Source of the DNA: Chiloscyllium plagiosum | Taxonomy: Eukaryota | Length of the DNA: 64,000 nucleotides | Assembly: GCF_004010195.1 (NCBI RefSeq) | Contig: NC_057740.1 | Location: forward strand, 20,046,405-20,110,404 | Reading direction: 5' to 3' | Shown: piece by piece, positions 61,821-64,000 of the stretch | Layout of the letters: each line of letters begins with the position of its first letter | Numbering within the stretch: the stretch's first letter is position 1 | Position numbers and translations under genes: made by a program | The notes under the pieces: generated by a model | Database searches by the model: none | Seen by the model: only the letters and a program-made list of their open reading frames with translations | What the model was told of the DNA's origin: nothing

Positions 61821-62544
61821 TCATTTGCAAGACTATGAGAAAAATCATGAAATAGTCTATCCAAGAAAGAGATGCTTAGATGTACTAGGTTGTAAGTAAT
61901 GGAGTCTGAGGAAACATACCAGTGTTTGATCCAAGTTGTTCATGGATAACAGAAAACATACCGAATCCAATCTATAAGTTACCTGAGAATATCTAAATAG
62001 TATTCAAATCCAAATCAAACCACAAACTAAAGGTAAATAACAATAACAAACTCAAAACTCAATAGGGCAACTAAAGTCAAAGATTAGGAATGAAGGCAAT
62101 GTTGGGATGGAACAGTACAAAATGCTGCTGAATATTGCCATGTTATTATGCTGTTTTAGTTAGTTCCCCAGATATATTGGATGATGCCTGCATCTCCAAC
62201 CGAGAAAATTGTATAGAGTGTCTGGGTGTGAGGGGTATTGGGTGCATATATGCTATTTCCTGGTACCTTCAGATTTCTGGCTGCAGGAAGCGCTGGATGC
62301 AGTCTCGCTCTAACCTGCAGATTAATTAGGCCAGATAGACCAAAGTCAGAAATTACAACTGCACTATAACAAGAAAAATAATCAAATAAAATCTTCAGCT
62401 CAAAATATTACATCAAATGGCCTTTCACAGACTGCTTTTTCAATTTGTTTAATTAATTTGTTTGAATGTGGCATGTGTCTCTTGTACTCACAATACTGAC
62501 AAATTGTAATATTTCACATATTACAGCTTCACAAATAAACATTG

Positions 62545-63200
62545 TGGAGCACAGAAACTAGGGGCAGGAGTTGTCCATTTAATCCTTTCAGCCTGCTCTG
62601 CCATTCAATATGATTATGGCTGATCCTCCATTTTAATGCCGTTTTCCACTTTCTCCCCATGTTCTTTGATGCCTTTAAAATCTAACATTCATCTGTCTCT
62701 TTCTTGAATATATTCATAAATTTAGCCTCCACAGTCTTTATGGGGAAAAGAATTCTGCAGTTCATAACCCTTTGAGTGAAGAATTCTTTTCTGATCTCAG
62801 TCCAAAATGGTCTACCTGAGACTGTATCCCTGCTTCTAGACCAGGAAAAACACCCTTCTTCCATCTACCCTTTCCAGCTCTGTTAGAATTTTGTATGTTT
62901 CAATCAGATCCTCTTTCATTCTCTTAAACTCTAATGAATATAAGCTCAGTTGAACCAATCTCTCCTCATAGGACAAGCCTGCCATTCTAGAGATTAGCCG
63001 AGCAAACTTCTGCAGTACTCCTCTACAGCATCTTATACTCTCTTTGAGAAGGAGACTAAAGCAATACCCAGTATTCCAAGACTGGTCTCACCAATGCCCC
63101 GTATAATTGCAGTAAACATCCATACTTCCGAACTCAAATCCTCTTGCAATGTTAGCCACCATACCATTTGCCTTCCTAATTGCTTGCTGTTTCTGTTTAC
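62545..63200 (-). mobile_element. CR1 3' fragment, decayed
   Basis: Peptide EIRKEFFTQRVMN; typical 3' end. Confidence 0.75.
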
Positions 63201-64000
63201 TTCTAGATTGCCTTATGTGTAAGGAACAGATTTACTGGTTTCTACAACATGTTACAAGATCCTTTTGGAATATACTATACACATCTGGAAGGAAAATAGT
63301 AGTTCTGCAGCAATTCAACATTACAATGATGACTAACAAGAAATGAATGGAATAATCTTTGTGGCTTACAGAGAAAAAAAAATGAATGTACTGCCAACCC
63401 ATCATCTTGACTTTTGAGGACTGCTCACCATTTCCTCAAAGATTTTTATTATTCCTTGATTGTATTCTTGGTAATCTATCTGCTTGGTTTACTTGGATAT
63501 GCATGCAATTTTTCTGTGAAGAGTATTTCAGAAACAGACCTTAAAAATCAGACATTTCTCAGAGCAAAACATAACTTTCAATCTGTCTCCAAAGTTTCAA
63601 ACATAAATGATATACCACTACATCCTGAAAATTAGCTTAGGAATTCCAGTATCTTCAGGCTTTGAATTTACTCCGATATATATGGGACAAATATTAGCTA
63701 CACAAGGAACAATTATACTTGGAAAACTATTTAAAATTAGCTTTAAATTTCCACTTCAGTGGCTTCATAGATGTACTAAGAGCCACTACCCATCCAAAAG
63801 TTATCTTCTCCATTTTTATTTCTATCCATCACACAATTCTTTTTTCTTTCAAAATATATTTTATACATAAACAATGTCTAAATAGAAACAGATATATAGT
63901 CAAAAATACAGTTCAGTACTGTATAGTGGCATATCAAAGAAAAGAACAAACATGGGAGTTTGGCTCCATCCAAACAAACTACAGCCATCTCTTACTTGAA

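Overview
AT-rich vertebrate genomic DNA, very probably from a shark: it carries HE1-type tRNA-derived SINEs plus CR1, Rex1/Babar and Penelope-derived repeats typical of elasmobranchs. Almost the whole window is a multi-exon MUC16/CA125-like transmembrane mucin locus made of tandem SEA-domain modules. Each module has four exons with GT-AG boundaries and phases 1-0-2-1-1: A (128-191 nt, F/YNVTF), B (always 68 nt, first Cys), C (161-170 nt, second Cys ... SLYVNG) and a 27-nt micro-exon D (G/D-YHE). Left of a 500-N gap (11010-11509) there are 3 complete modules and 1 partial module on the minus strand. Right of the gap there are 13 complete modules on the plus strand, followed by a transmembrane exon (ELPYWAIIVIV..., 60901-61013). 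Neither side has a visible 5' end, which suggests a mis-oriented contig or two divergent paralogues. Highlights: the membrane-proximal SEA carries a canonical G/SIKV autoproteolysis motif between two Cys; the penultimate SEA has an extra Cys pair; one module has been deleted, leaving a ghost with a doubled micro-exon; a variant SEA has been recently amplified with a ~2.2-kb period; there are hairpin elements with hammerhead-ribozyme relics; and a perfect 43-bp palindrome lies upstream of the last SEA module. All exon calls come from manual reading, with no transcript evidence.
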